Translations under genes and position numbers: made by a program | The notes under the pieces: model-generated | Database searches by the model: none | What the model saw: only the letters and a program-made list of their open reading frames with translations | Told to the model about the DNA's origin: nothing | NCBI GenBank assembly: GCA_046530935.1 | Contig: JBHEQW010000003.1 | Coordinates: forward strand, 107-64,106 | Length of the DNA stretch: 64,000 nt | From: Arsenophonus sp. | GTDB taxonomy: Bacteria > Pseudomonadota > Gammaproteobacteria > Enterobacterales > Enterobacteriaceae | Direction: 5' to 3' | Part shown: one piece after another, positions 35,386 through 48,052 of the stretch | Layout: each line of letters opens with the position of its first letter | How positions within the stretch are numbered: position 1 is the stretch's first letter

Positions 35386-37962
35386 AAATTATTAATATCT
35401 CGTTTTTTTATTATCTGGAAAAAAGAGATTCAATAACACTAAAACTTCACTAAAGAATCTTTGATGACTATAATTCATGTATGCCGTTGCTAACGGCAAC
35501 TTTCCTTCGTGCCATCCTGTTAAATTTTTTTACTGCCTTGCTAAGGCAAAACAAGATGTGCATTTTGCACCAAATAATGACTAACTCGATTAGATGGAAA
35601 AAGAAATTTTAATAATCATTTTTATTCTAAAATTATTTGATAATTTTTATCTAAAAACTTTGAAGTGATAAACTCATGCGTTCAACCGTGTATTGATATT
35701 TATAATTAACAGTAAAAATTCAAGTACACTAATGTACACAAAATGAATGGAATAAAAAAAAGAGATAAGAATTAAATAAAAATATTTATGTATTTAATCA
35801 TGCTTTACTCTCTTTTTAAGAGTTTTATTTCTTTATAAGTGCGTTATTATTCATCCATGTGTTCATTCTTCTTGTTTGCCAGATAAATAATACAATTCCT
35901 TTGCTATTGCTTACTTATCTTTCGTTCTTTGATAATTTCGGTAGAGATAAATGACAGTCGTCGACTCAGTGAGTGATTAAGTGCAATTTATTGGATGTTT
36001 TTAATGCTTTACAAAGCCATCTCCTAGATGTATTGGAAGGCAAGTAACATCGCAATTGTTTTTTTTGCTTGTGCGATAGGTATACTGTTTTGGAGGTTTT
36101 CTTCATCAAATTGCATAATCTTTGTGTATGGTTAATTGTAGAAGATTACACCTTTTGGCTTTTTCAATTGTAATTTAGTGCATTGTGATTTTCAGTTAAA
36201 AATCCTGGTATAGCGCATTTTCGGCAGCAGAACACTAGAGCAGCGTTTAGTTTAAAACAAAATCCAATATTTAGTGCTTTAATGGTTTTAATATGCGTAT
36301 GTCCAGAACCTATCTTTAATATAAAATATAAAGTGTCTTGTGAGATGAAAATGCAGCTATGGGCTTTCTATAGCTGGTGGGCTATCTAAATTAATTTCTG
36401 ATTGATCTTTAAGTTATCTAAACATGTATGGTGATCTGTAACTTTTCAACATGAATGCCAGAGTAAAACCGCGCAGAGTTTAGTATGCGGTCAATCACCC
36501 GCTCTCCCAGATAAATCTAGATAGTTTCTCTTGCGATGTATTTCTGATAAGAATCAGAGCTTTCATATCCTCATGGCCATTGATAATTTCTAAGAATATT
36601 AGTTTTTACTCTTCGCTACACTTAATTGAATTTATGACTTAATCGATGATGAGAAAAATCAAGATGAATATGATGTTTAAATAACAACTAACCTCTGACC
36701 AATCGCTATTTTTACTCAAGGTTGATTTGAATGCCTTTTCAATCCATAAAGCTGTTGTGAATACCGAAGAATTTTAGTGCGTCTGGATAAGCTGCTTTGC
36801 AATGGCCAACTCCAGAAGATTTTGCATATACCAGGCCTTACTCTAGATCAGTAAACGGCTAGGCTGCTTAATACATTTAATGTCAATATATTGCATAGCT
36901 ATTGCAAAGTTTTAAGCAATGTACTGAATTTGAAATTCAGTGCGTTGTAGTTATCCTGTATGAGATCGACAAAGCGTTTAGGAATGTTCGAATTCTTTAT
37001 AATCCGTTTGACTTACTCCGTTTGCGTTAATTTTTCTATTAGGCAAAATTAGGTATTTTAGTTTTCATCTGAATTTATTTTCCGTAAACTGATATCCTGC
37101 CTGCAACAGCGTTATTTGAATAAACAGTGCTTATCAAAGCATAGTATCCATTTTCTCGAAAAGGGTGTACTTCACTGGAATGCCTTAAAAAGGAATATTT
37201 AAGTCTATCAGTTTTTAACGCACGGTTGTGATTTCTGCGATGCAGTTCATAGATACTCCATCTTGCTTAATAAGATACTTTGGTTTATCCAGTGTAACCT
37301 TTATTAGAAAAATTATTTGCGATAGATATTTGTGGTTTGTTTTCTGAGTTTTTAGTGTGGTTAGGCTTGAAAAGTCTTTAGTAGACATTTGCAATATTTA
37401 TGTTAATGATTTCTTCGGAAGATATCCGTTCTTATGAGCGTTGACTAACAGATTGATAGGTTGAGTTATAGTTATCTATGAGTTAACAATCTTATTGATT
37501 TCCTTGAGGTACTATATCAAGGAATATTAATTTGGGTTTGCCAGTAACTGGAGGTAACTCAATATTGGAAGTGCTAACTTTAGGCCGTGTATAAAACTCC
37601 TACAGAAACTACTAAAACGCCATTTTTAAAATAATATTTAGTATGTGCTGGACTTATGGACTTGCGTAATAAAATTATTCTTAGTTTTATTTTAGCCAGT
37701 TTAGGTAAAAATCTTCTCATGAAGATGTTAAATTTATTTCAATTAATCGTATATTTGTTTCCATGTTGGTCGCTTAGGAATAAGAAACTCTTCTAGAACA
37801 AGCATTACAATGTTTTAATAGTTCAAACTCTCTAATGCATTCCAAGCTAAGACTAATAATTTTTTTAACCAATGGCTGAAGTTCTCCAGCAGATTTATTT
37901 ATGAATGCCTGAAATTTACATCTAAGCCAATTAGAAAAAAATATTTTTAGGTAGTTGCTTAA

Positions 37963-39453
37963 AATTATTAGCAGATATGGTATAATACCTCAACGCTCAG
38001 GCTAACTCCGCTATGATGCTTCGTAAATTTGTTCTCCATTCTAAAATTAGACATTGTTTACCTCCATGAGGTAAAGTAACTGAAATTGCCTTCCATTTCT
38101 CCTTCCACTTAGCTTTACACTTCGCCGGTTTTAGTTTTTTTTAGCAGACTGTAGCAGTTAAATAGTGTTGAAATGGTTGTTTTTCTTAAACTAAAAACTA
38201 AAGTTCTTTTTACGTCGTCTTCGTAGCCTGATTGTTGCAAAAACGATTTAATCGGATTCGTCGTTCTTATTGACGCGCAAAATGCTCTGACTAGAAATCG
38301 TAGAGCAAATGCTAGCAGCTCTTTACAGATCTTTCTTAAGCCTCTTTATCACTCCAGAAGAGGAGATGCTTCATTAAAAAGCTTGATAATAAAAGATCAA
38401 TGCTTTTATTAGTGGCATCATTGCTCTCTGCTAGCAAGAGCTACAGTGCAAAGTTCTGGCTTAAGTTTCAATTGCATGCTTTTGGGAAGTGAAGGCAGCA
38501 CGTTAGCTATTTTGTCTGTTCAACAGTGTTGGTACTGAATGTCCTGTGAGATCTTTGTCATTGAATTTCAAAAACCAAGGACATAGTTTATCCTAATAAA
38601 GCCTTGGAGAAACAGTTAAGCCACATGCTGTGCTCGCAAGCCATTAAGAAAGTTCTGCTAAGTTCGCTTATAACTATTGATAAGTATCTCTTCAATCCTA
38701 ACTAGCTCCTTACGTACATGCTTTGTGATTGTGATAATTAGCAGCAGGCAAGGGTTGTTATCTTACCTAACAGAACTATATATGCCATCGTGTAAGAAAT
38801 AAATATCGCGCGTATAGTTTAAATCTAAGCAAGAACAATTGCCTATGATTTTCAAGCCATTCCTATTTCAATCTGATGATGGTGTAACTGCAGAAAGACC
38901 ATATGCTTTTTCACTGAAAACCTACAAAAAAAGCTTTATGAAAATTATGGATGTGGATACTTAGCAGGTACAGACATACTAGCAACTATTTGAGGTTTTT
39001 GCACGCTTTAGATAAGGCGCTAGAAACGATCTGTTAAGGCATATTCCTGTTAGTTAATTTAAGATCCATATACCTTAGGCACTTTAATCTCAATATCGCC
39101 AGTACAGTACAACTGTATTTATAATTGGTGTGGAAAACAACTGTTGTGGATGACGTAATAGGAGGAGGAGCATGTTAACAATGGTGTGACTAGTTTAACA
39201 GGATGTTATTGCATAGTACACATAGCTATCTTCGAGTTCAACTTCAATGTCTGTTCTGCCTACCAGCTTTTTGGTGCCATTAGAGATTAGTTCATGCAAA
39301 AGATCACATGTAATATCTATTATTGCTTATACTTGACCTGTATAGTGGATTTTTATGCCATATCATCTCTCTAATATTGTAATCTTCCACGAAGTCAATT
39401 AGCAGGATAGCAACCGCATCTCTGAAATACCCTATACCAGAAATGAGCATAGT
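37963..39453 (-). mobile_element. IS256-like transposase pseudogene, copy A4
   Basis: The outer end is aaattattagcagatatggtataat and the inner end ..gaaatgagcatagtt. Full-length collinear homology with the other copies. Many stops. Confidence 0.65.
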
Positions 39454-39699
39454 TTTTTCTTGGTTTTTATTTATTTAAAATAAGCATGACCAATTATTAT
39501 CGTGCTTATTATTATTTTATTTCATTTGCACCTCAGATCACTAATAAAACACCTCAATATATAATCTTTAATAAGTTATCCGAACTATTTCACTTCAAAG
39601 TTATATCATATGGCAGTGTTCTAACATCATTAGAGAAAAATGTATAGAAATGGATGATAAAACAAGGCAAGGATAAAAAGTAAATATCGATTAAATTTA

Positions 39700-40758
39700 G
39701 CTATGTTGGTAAAGGTTGTTGGTAGAAATTCATTATACTTTATTATGTGTTTTCGCTACAGAGGTTGGTATGAACAACTAAACAGTTGTACAGATCAAAG
39801 AGAGTCTTTACTGACTGCATTCCAATATAAATCTACAGCTTATTAGTGTTGGTTCGGCAGAAATTCTGTCAGATGATATCGAATCATGCATTGAAGCAAC
39901 TCATTCCACTTTTATCCTGCCAATATTCTCATGCTAAAAATGTTATTCTGTGTGGAACTATTATTAATAATATGGCGATATTGTTTCGCAATCCTAGAAT
40001 TTCATGAAAAGATTTAACAATCTTGGTGGAAGTTTTCTATGAAAATTATATCACAAGAATAAATGGGCTTAGTTATCTATCATATGGGTGTTGAATAGCT
40101 TGACTTTACTGGAGTTAGAAAAATAAATAGTCATTGATTTGAAAACAGTGTTTAGAGTGGCATCACTGCTTTCTTGGTTTTATGACCACAGTTAACTTTT
40201 AAATAAACTAAATGGTATTGTTGAAGTTAACGAAATATTTTTTCTGAATTCTATTTAAATGTAATTATTATATCCCACATAGAAAAGACAGAAAACACTG
40301 GAGAGTAGGATATTATAAAATGAAAGAATGAATCCAACTGTCTTTGTCACAAAAAATCGATATTGTGTTATGTGACAGATGAAATTCTTGAGGAGTTTAA
40401 TGCACAATGTATTAACTGTTTTCTTGAGCAAATCATTGATAAAGAGTCAATTCTAACCTTGGATGGTGCTAAATTGTAAAAAACCTTTTCTAGCGAGCAT
40501 GAAATTAGTCAGAATCGCCTTAATAAGATTTGATAATCGCAGAGTTTGTTGGTAAAAAATTCTATATTTAAACTGTTAAGAGTTAGTTATGTCAGCTTAT
40601 TAAAATGATATCTGAGTGGATTCTGTGGTGTATGTATGGTTGTTTTATTTACCGAATTATCTGTTCTGGAGAAGATTCTTTGAAACCACAACAATTGAAA
40701 TTATAGGCGTTCTTAAAAATTGCTATGCAAGTAAAGTAATAACCTTTGCTAACATAGC
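39700..40758 (+). mobile_element. ISAs1-like transposase pseudogene, copy C6, full length; its right end lies 29 bp upstream of the lpxL start
   Basis: The inverted repeats are gctatgttggtaaaggttg (39700) and aacctttgctaacatagc (40741-40758). Collinear with C2 and C3. ORF 40616..40933 is an artefact spanning the IS end and the lpxL 5' end. Confidence 0.65.
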
Positions 40759-40787
40759 TATATTAATTTTAACTAAACAAAACAAAG

Positions 40788-41732
40788 ATGATAAAAGTAT
40801 CTCCATTAAAAATTTCATATTTACATCCTCAATATTGCCTAACATGGTTAGGTATTATAGTTCTTTATTTACTAGTTTTACTACCTTATCCAGTTATATA
40901 TTGTCTAGGAACTCAACTTGGACGCTTATCTAAATACTTTCTAAAAAAACGACTACAAATTGTAAAACGTAATTTAGAACTATGCTTTCCTACTATGAAT
41001 GCACAGCAACGCCAGCAAATGATCAATGAAAATTTTGAATCGCTTGGTATGGGATTATTTGAGACTGGTATGGCATGGTTCTGGTCTAATAGACGTATAC
41101 AAAGTTTGTTTATTATTAAAGGGCAGAAGAATATTGAAAAAATTCAGCTGACAGGCCAAGGGATCATTGTAGTAGGAATTCATTTTTTAACTCTTGAATT
41201 AGGTGCTCGTATCTTTGGTATATTAAATCCGGGTATTGGTGTATATCGCCCAAATAATAATCCGGTAATTGATTGGTTGCAAACCAGAGGACGGTTGCGT
41301 TCTAACAAATTTATGCTTGATCGCAAAGATGTAAAAGGCATGATACGTAGCCTCAAACAAGGAGAAATTTTATGGTATGCGCCAGATCATGATTATGGTC
41401 CTAAAAAAAGTGTTTTTGTGCCTTTTTTTGCTGTCAAAGATACGGCTACTACCATAGGTACACATATTCTGGCTAAACTTACCAATCCTGCTATAATACC
41501 TTTTATCCCAAAGCGCTTAGCTAAGGCAAAGGGTTATGAATTACTTATTCAACCAGCAATAATTAATTTTGCACAGCATGATGAAATTTCTACAGCAGTT
41601 TTTATGAATGAATTAATTGAAAAACAGATTATGCATGCACCTGAACAATATATGTGGTTGCATCGTCGCTTTAAAACAAGACCAACAGGTATGCCATCGC
41701 TTTATGATGATCTTTACAACATGCACAATTAA
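40788..41732 (+). CDS. lpxL: Lipid A biosynthesis lauroyltransferase LpxL (HtrB)
   Basis: 314-aa [94 protein letters not shown] and [16 protein letters not shown] match E. coli LpxL. Confidence 0.95.
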   Translation: MIKVSPLKISYLHPQYCLTWLGIIVLYLLVLLPYPVIYCLGTQLGRLSKYFLKKRLQIVKRNLELCFPTMNAQQRQQMINENFESLGMGLFETGMAWFWSNRRIQSLFIIKGQKNIEKIQLTGQGIIVVGIHFLTLELGARIFGILNPGIGVYRPNNNPVIDWLQTRGRLRSNKFMLDRKDVKGMIRSLKQGEILWYAPDHDYGPKKSVFVPFFAVKDTATTIGTHILAKLTNPAIIPFIPKRLAKAKGYELLIQPAIINFAQHDEISTAVFMNELIEKQIMHAPEQYMWLHRRFKTRPTGMPSLYDDLYNMHN

Positions 41733-41804
41733 TAACTACAACTAGCTGTGTAGTCAAACCAGTTACTAGGGTTTCCTTAGATAATTTTTTTACTAATCAA
41801 CTGA

Positions 41805-43122
41805 AAGTTATTAGCAAATCTGTCGTACAAGTAGCCTACCTGCGCTCTGAGGCTTCGGTGACTCTATTCTCCATTCTAAAATTAGACGTTGTTTACCTCA
41901 TATATCATATTTAAGTAGGTAAAATCCTATCCATATTCCCATTATATCTTGTTTCAGGTTTTTTTTGAGCAGACTGTAGCAGTTAAATAGTATTGAAAAT
42001 GTTGTTTTTCTAAAACCATAGTTCTTCAAACACCTAAGCTTCGTGGCTTGACTATCGCAAAAGACGATTCAATTGGATTCCTTGTTCTTATTAACGCCTA
42101 ATGCTATGACGAGAAGTCGTAGAATAAAATTCTACCAGTTCTTCTAGATCTTTCTTAAGCTTTTCCATCACTCATGAGATGAGATATTTTTTTTGGATAA
42201 AAAGCTGGCTAATAAAATATCAAGAGTTTTATTAGCGGCATCGAGTGTCTCTTGCTAATCAAACCTCACATAGCTCTCAGCCTTAATTTTTGATTGAATA
42301 CTTTTAGGAAGTGAAGGTTGCAGATTAGCTATTTATATATCCAAGAATGTTTGTACTGCATGTCCGTCCAGAGGCATGTCTTTGCAATTGAATTTTAAAA
42401 ACAAAGGACATCGTCTATCATAATAAAGCCTGGGAGAGACGGTTGTTAAGCCACATACTGTGCTAACAAGCTATTGAGAAGTTATTCTCAGTTAGCTTCT
42501 AACTATTTAGAAGCATCTTTAACCATAACTGGCTCCTTATTTTTATGCTTGGTGACGTTGATAATGAGTGGCAGAAAAAGGTGATTATCTTGCCTAACAG
42601 AACTATATAATATGCCATTGGACAAGAAATAAATATCGCGCGTATCGCTTAAATCCAAGCAGGCACCATTGCCCATGTTCTTCAAGCCATTGCTATTTCG
42701 ATCTACTGATTATGTCTTTCTTGGCATAGAAATACCCAAATCATCATCTGATATGATGTTTCGTGTATATGACAGATATGATAGCAACTTTTCGCAGCTT
42801 TTTGTCCGCTTCAGGTAATTAGATAACAATAGTAAGCAATTGAATCTTACTCACATTAGGCGCTGCGATCTCCATGATTTTAAGAACTTTAATCTCTCAA
42901 GATTGCCAATAGGAGTCTGTATGTTTTGCTGTGATAATAATCGTTACGTATGAGCTAATACCATGTAGTCTACCGCTAATATCTAGTTTCTTAGGTACCT
43001 TGTATAGTAGACTTTTTATGACATATTATCTATCTGTTGCTTGAATCATAAACAAAATCAATTAGTGGTAGATATGGCGCAATCTAACAGAAAATCCAAT
43101 ACATCATAAATAAGGATAACTC
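41805..43122 (-). mobile_element. IS256-like transposase pseudogene, copy A5
   Basis: The outer end is aagttattagcaaatctgtcgtac and the inner end ..aaataaggataactc. Collinear with the other copies. ORF 42503..42685 is a fragment. Confidence 0.65.
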
Positions 43123-43217
43123 ACTTTTTATAGATTAATTAAAATTTAGATAGAAAAATTTTTTTATTGGTCAAAAAAATAACCATAGAAATATTAACTT
43201 ACGTGCTGAATTTGAAT

Positions 43218-43262
43218 AAAAAGCAGCGTTGGACGACAACCCCACCCAGAACGCTGCTTTTT
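43218..43262 (-). terminator. Rho-independent terminator downstream of agp (bidirectional-looking)
   Basis: aaaaagcagcgtt (43218-43230) pairs perfectly with aacgctgcttttt (43250-43262). The core is an 8-bp GC-containing stem flanked by an A-run and a T-run, with a 19-nt loop. It lies 22 bp beyond the agp stop on the minus strand. Confidence 0.7.
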
Positions 43263-43283
43263 ATTTAATCAAAATGAAGTTTA

Positions 43284-44552
43284 TTAGTTTAATGCTTCTT
43301 GCATGCTTTTTTCAAAGTCATCCCACTTGCATAAGCCACTTTTATCAATTTGGCAATTTTGAAGCGATAAAATGACCTGTTTTGGAGGATTATTCAATGT
43401 CAATGGTATCTCATCGCGCAATTGATTTACTGACTGATAAATATATTCAGTTTTTAGGTAATCTTTATTAGTTTTCTTATTATGCCAACGCTGAAACACT
43501 AATTTTCCACCAATTGGTGTATTTTCATATTGTTCAGGCAATTGATAAGGGGCAAAATTCAAAGCAGACATGACTGATGCAATATTTGAATCATGACCAA
43601 ACATAATAAGTAATTTTGATTTTCCTTTGTTAGGTTGTTTAACAAAATGCAAGTTAATATAATTTAATAGGGGCTTGGCTATATTCTTAGCAATAATTTT
43701 AGTTTTAAATGCAACTTTATAATAGCTATTTTTAATTTTATTAAGTGTTTTCCATTGCTCTGGTGTATTAATGGTTCCCCATGCTACATCTTTTGTAGAA
43801 AAGCCTTCATAATACTGGAGATCAAATATATCTACAATATTTGTCATTAATCCTAACGGCCCAAACACAACTGGCTGTTTATCAGCACTAATAATCATTG
43901 TATTAGGAGAGTTAACTAGATCGCACAACTTATCTTTTTTACACAGCGTTGAATTCTTAAAGTCCAATATTGTTGAAACTTGATTATAAGCTTCAGCTAA
44001 ATCTAAATGTGCTAATTGTTCTGTCATAGCGATTGTAGCTTGGTGTTTAAATTCTTCAGTGCTGTTAGTGATAACTGGATCAAAAATAGGATCGAACTTT
44101 CCTTCGCTTATATCTGAGCGATAAAAAGCTTTAATTTGGCAATCAGGAAATGCGCCTTTAATAAAAGATTGAGCTGTAGCAATAGTGCGTTGTTGATTAT
44201 TCGCATAAATATAAACATTATTTGAGTCTGGACATTGATCTCGTGGCAAGAGATCTACCCTATAAAACCAATATCTAAAGTAGTTTCCCATATAAATTTC
44301 TAACTGGCTACCTTTAGCCGTAAGATTTCCATATTTAGTATGCCAAATAGGCCAAAGTTTATTTGTTGCACGTGTTAATATATCTTTATATACTATTGGT
44401 GCTCTTAAATTATGCCTACTTAAAATTAATACCTGAGTCAATTCATAATCTTGAAATTTTTCTAACGAATAACTTGCTGGTGATATTAAAGTGCAAAGAA
44501 GGCATATCATTAATCTTTTTTTCATCTTTTTAACGCTCCTGTTAAAGTTCAT
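43284..44552 (-). CDS. agp: Periplasmic glucose-1-phosphatase Agp (histidine acid phosphatase)
   Basis: 422-aa ORF with a Sec-type signal peptide (..KKRLMICLLCTLISPASYS). SRHNLRAP (RHGxRxP motif), LT.KG..LE.YMG.Y, QRT.ATAQ.FI.GAFP.C, LQYYEGF, GHDSNIAS, PIGGK.VFQRWH and YIYQS..QLR match E. coli Agp along the whole length. The true start may be the internal Met at residue 10. Confidence 0.92.
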   Translation of the reverse strand: MNFNRSVKKMKKRLMICLLCTLISPASYSLEKFQDYELTQVLILSRHNLRAPIVYKDILTRATNKLWPIWHTKYGNLTAKGSQLEIYMGNYFRYWFYRVDLLPRDQCPDSNNVYIYANNQQRTIATAQSFIKGAFPDCQIKAFYRSDISEGKFDPIFDPVITNSTEEFKHQATIAMTEQLAHLDLAEAYNQVSTILDFKNSTLCKKDKLCDLVNSPNTMIISADKQPVVFGPLGLMTNIVDIFDLQYYEGFSTKDVAWGTINTPEQWKTLNKIKNSYYKVAFKTKIIAKNIAKPLLNYINLHFVKQPNKGKSKLLIMFGHDSNIASVMSALNFAPYQLPEQYENTPIGGKLVFQRWHNKKTNKDYLKTEYIYQSVNQLRDEIPLTLNNPPKQVILSLQNCQIDKSGLCKWDDFEKSMQEALN

Positions 44553-44736
44553 TATAATTCATCTTATTATATAAAATTTTATTTAGATGTAGTCAATTAA
44601 AAATAAATTTCATTGAAGATAAAATTCTTATTTTGCTTGTTTTTAAGAAAACTTCTTAACTTACTTATTATTAATAAAATGACATAACAATGGTATTCAA
44701 TAATATTGGTTCTGCTATTAGTAATAAATTATGCTT

Positions 44737-46062
44737 GAGTTATTAGAAAATTTTGTGATTAATGATAAATTCAAGTTCTACTTATGATGCTTAGTGTATC
44801 TGTTTTGCGTTCTTAATTTAACGTTGTTTACCACCAGAGTTAAAACAGGTCAATCCTTTTTTAACTGGCTTCTAGCTTTTTTGAGCAAATTCTAATAGTT
44901 TTTAAATATCATTTAAAAGGTTCTTTTTCTTAAAAGCTAGACAGTAGTTATTGCGCATCGCTTTATAGGCTCAATTTTTTTAAAAATCGATTTAATCAGA
45001 TACGTTGTTATTATTGACGAGCAGTTCTAGTGTTCCGACTGGAAGTCCTAGAATGCCAGTAGTTATTCTAGATCTTTCTTTGGCTCATTCATCATTGAAT
45101 GAAGACTTCTCTAAAAAACTTTGCCAACAAGATATCAATGGTTTTATTAGCTGTATCACGCCTCTCTGATAATCAGACCTTTTTCATCACCACACTACAG
45201 CTCATCTTTAATTTTTGGTTGCATGCTTTTATAGGAATAAAGCAAGCATATTAGGTGCTTTCTATACCAACAGAGCGTTTGTGCTTCGTATTCAAGAATA
45301 TCTTTGCATTGAATTCTAAAAATCAATTAGCAGGTTATCTATCATAACATAACAAGCCTGGGAAATACGGTTAAGCCATTGCGAGTAGGCCATTGAAAAG
45401 TTCAGCAAACTTCGTTTCTAACTCTCAATAAGCATTTTTAATCACAACTAGCTACTTGCGTCCATCGTCCATGTTTACTGCCGCAGATACTAAGCAGTAT
45501 ACAAAATCCAATTATTTTGCCTAACAGAAGTATCGGGCATAGTGGCTAAAGAAAATAAATGTAGCATATATCGTTTAAATTTGCAGGCAGTATATTGAAG
45601 TGATCTTAAAGATATTTCTATTTCAGTCTGATTGAAACTGTCAGAGAGAGGCCTATATTCTTTTTCACTGAAAAGCAGCCATATAGATTCGTAAAAATCA
45701 TCAGTGGGATATACCTACTAGGTGCAAGCAGTTAGCAGCAACACTTCGACAATTTTTGCACACCTTATATAAAGCGGTAGCAACAAAGTTTTGAAGCATA
45801 TTAAGTTGCCAATGCGATCTATGATCTTAATCATTTTAATATCAACATCGTCAATAGTAATCTGTGTGTTTCGATATGATAAATAACCGTTACTGATGAG
45901 TTTATGCAATAGATTATAGGTAGTAGTTGGTTTTTCGGATATTTATAGTGTAGATTTTTCACATGCTATATCATTTCTTTATTGTTAAAATAATTCACTA
46001 AATCAATTAGAAGGATCCTGAGACATCTCAGAAACCACATATAGCAGAAATAAGCATAACTT
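44737..46062 (-). mobile_element. IS256-like transposase pseudogene, copy A6; left member of an inverted pair
   Basis: The outer end is gagttattagaaaattttgtgat and the inner end ..aaataagcataactt (46062). Many stops. Confidence 0.65.
45459..45705. repeat. High-identity tract shared, inverted, with 47095..47339
   Basis: Hand alignment of the reverse complement against 47095..47339 gives about 6 substitutions and one 2-bp indel in about 245 bp. Flanking parts of the same two copies, and other family members, are only about 70-88% identical by eye. Confidence 0.8.
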
Positions 46063-46726
46063 GTTTGATGTTTAAAATTTATTTTTTTTGTGGTTATCAG
46101 CAATAATAATAATGCCTTTTTTATTAATTTTTAGTTTTAAAACAAGAAATAGACATGATATATGATTGCCTTGTTTTTTATTAATCATCAAATAGAATCA
46201 CTTATAAACTTGCATTATCAATAGTCTTTTAATTGTACTTTCGGGTGTTATTTTCTGTGATCGTTTCCAAGACATTTTTAACAGTTTTCCTTGCTCAAAA
46301 TAAGGAACATGTTATAAACCTTGTTTTGGTTTGATTGCCAACTTAAATAGTTTAATGTTATTGGTAACTTTAAGCTGTTCTCTATATATGAGATTTAACT
46401 GTGATGCTACTTTCGTCAATTGAAATTGTAAAGGAAAAAATTTCTTAACTATTTTTGTCTTTGAATTTTAGCTAGATGTTAAGTATCTAATAACCACTAG
46501 TTTTCAATTACAGCTCTAAATTTGAAAATACAACCAGGTTGGCTAAATTCAAGGCGAAAGAAGTTTTGTAATTTAATTAGGATAGTCTTAGTCTTAATGA
46601 GGTCAGATATTTTAATAGCATGGCACTAACTTGAGATTTTTTCGTTTTATTGATGTCATCATTATGTAAATATAAACCAATTCCTGTTTAAGGTTTATCA
46701 GCAAAAATATTGACTTAGCATATAAA

Positions 46727-48052
46727 CAAGTGATGATCATTTCTGCTGTATTAGATTTTAAAGATACCAGCCGTATCCTGGTAATCAATTTCGTAATATA
46801 TTTCTATCTCATTAGAGATTGAAATGCCATTGAAAAGTCTATTCTATAGATATCTGTAAAACTAGATATTACCTTTAATCTCTTGCGTAAGCTCATCAAT
46901 AATGGTTATTCACAACAGTGAATAACCATACATCCATACAGATTAATATTTTTATGATCTTGAAATTAAACAACATGTGGGATGTTGCAGTGTCAACGCA
47001 ATATGGTTAAAAAGCTCGTTGTTACCGCCTTATCTCTGAGGGTGCAAAAATCGTCGAAGTGTTTCTACTAGCTGCACATGCACTAAGCATATCTACTGAT
47101 GATTTTTACGAATCTATATGGCTGCTTTTCAGTGAAAAAGCATATAGGCCTCTCTGACAGTTTCAATCAGACTGAAATAACAATGTCTTTAAGATCACTT
47201 CAATATACTGCCTGCAAATTTAAACGATATATGCTACATTTATTTTCTTTAGCCACTATGCCAAATACTTCTGTTAGGCAAAATAATTGGATTTTGTATA
47301 CTGCTTAGTATCTGCGGCAGTAAACATGGACGATGGACGTTAAGAAGCTAGTTGCGGTTAAAGATGTTTATTGAAAGTCAAAAACTAAGTTGTCCGAACT
47401 TTTCAATGGCCTACTCGCAATGGCTTAACCGTATTTCCCGGGGTTGCTATAGGAGATACTGCAAATTGGTTTTTGGAATCAAATGGCAAAGATATTCCTG
47501 TGAGTGCTAAGCACAAACTCTCTGTTTGGTACATAAAACATCTAATGTACTGACTTCATTCTGCAAAGAAATGAAAATAAAAGTTAAGGCTGAGCTTATA
47601 GGCTGGTGGAAGTGTGCTGGTGTGTGTCTTGGTAGCAGATAAGCCATGATCTCTCTAATAAAACACTTGATGTTTTGTTGGCACAGTTCTCAGTCAGCAA
47701 AGTACCACTTCATAGATGAAGAAGATGAAGAAAGATCTAGAAAAACAGCTGGAATTCTACGATTTGCATTTAGCACACTTGGCGTCAAATAAGAATGACA
47801 AATCAGATTGAATTGAGTTTTACAACAGCAAGGCTAATAAGCCAACATGAAAAGAACTATGATTTAAGAAAAACAACTTTTTTAATGGTATTTAAACGCT
47901 CTAGTCCTGGCAGAAAAACTCGAGGCGGTTAATAAATTTAACATGTGGACCATGGTGCTAAACAACGTCAAATATAAAAATATAGAACTGATTCACGAAG
48001 CATTAGAGTAAAAAGTAGTCTAACAGACATACACTAGATTTGCTAATAACTC
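46727..48052 (+). mobile_element. IS256-like transposase pseudogene, copy A7; right member of the inverted pair
   Basis: The inner end is caagtgatgatcatttctgc (compare caagttatgcttatttctgc in A6, reverse complement). The outer end is ..acactagatttgctaataactc (48052). ORF 47099..47308 is a wrong-frame artefact. Confidence 0.65.
47095..47339. repeat. High-identity tract shared, inverted, with 45459..45705
   Basis: See the feature at 45459..45705. Confidence 0.8.

Noticed and set aside
35400-37960. About 2.5 kb between an ISAs1 fragment and IS256 copy A4, which I tried to assign to a chromosomal pseudogene (minus-strand fragments such as GLVYAKSSGVGH and LGERVIDRILNSARF)
   Set aside because: I could not align it convincingly to any protein I know (MdtG, HelD, PepN and others were tried from memory). 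It is left unannotated. blastx would settle it.
40616-40933. 105-aa ORF upstream of and overlapping lpxL
   Set aside because: It starts inside the ISAs1 remnant and runs out of frame into the lpxL 5' end. There is no homology signal. It is an artefact of the junction.
44737-48052. Composite transposon formed by the inverted IS256 pair
   Set aside because: The outer flanks (ttatgctt and aatcttgg) are not a target-site duplication. The 664-bp spacer has no ORF, and both transposases are dead. Gene conversion or duplication explains the data better.
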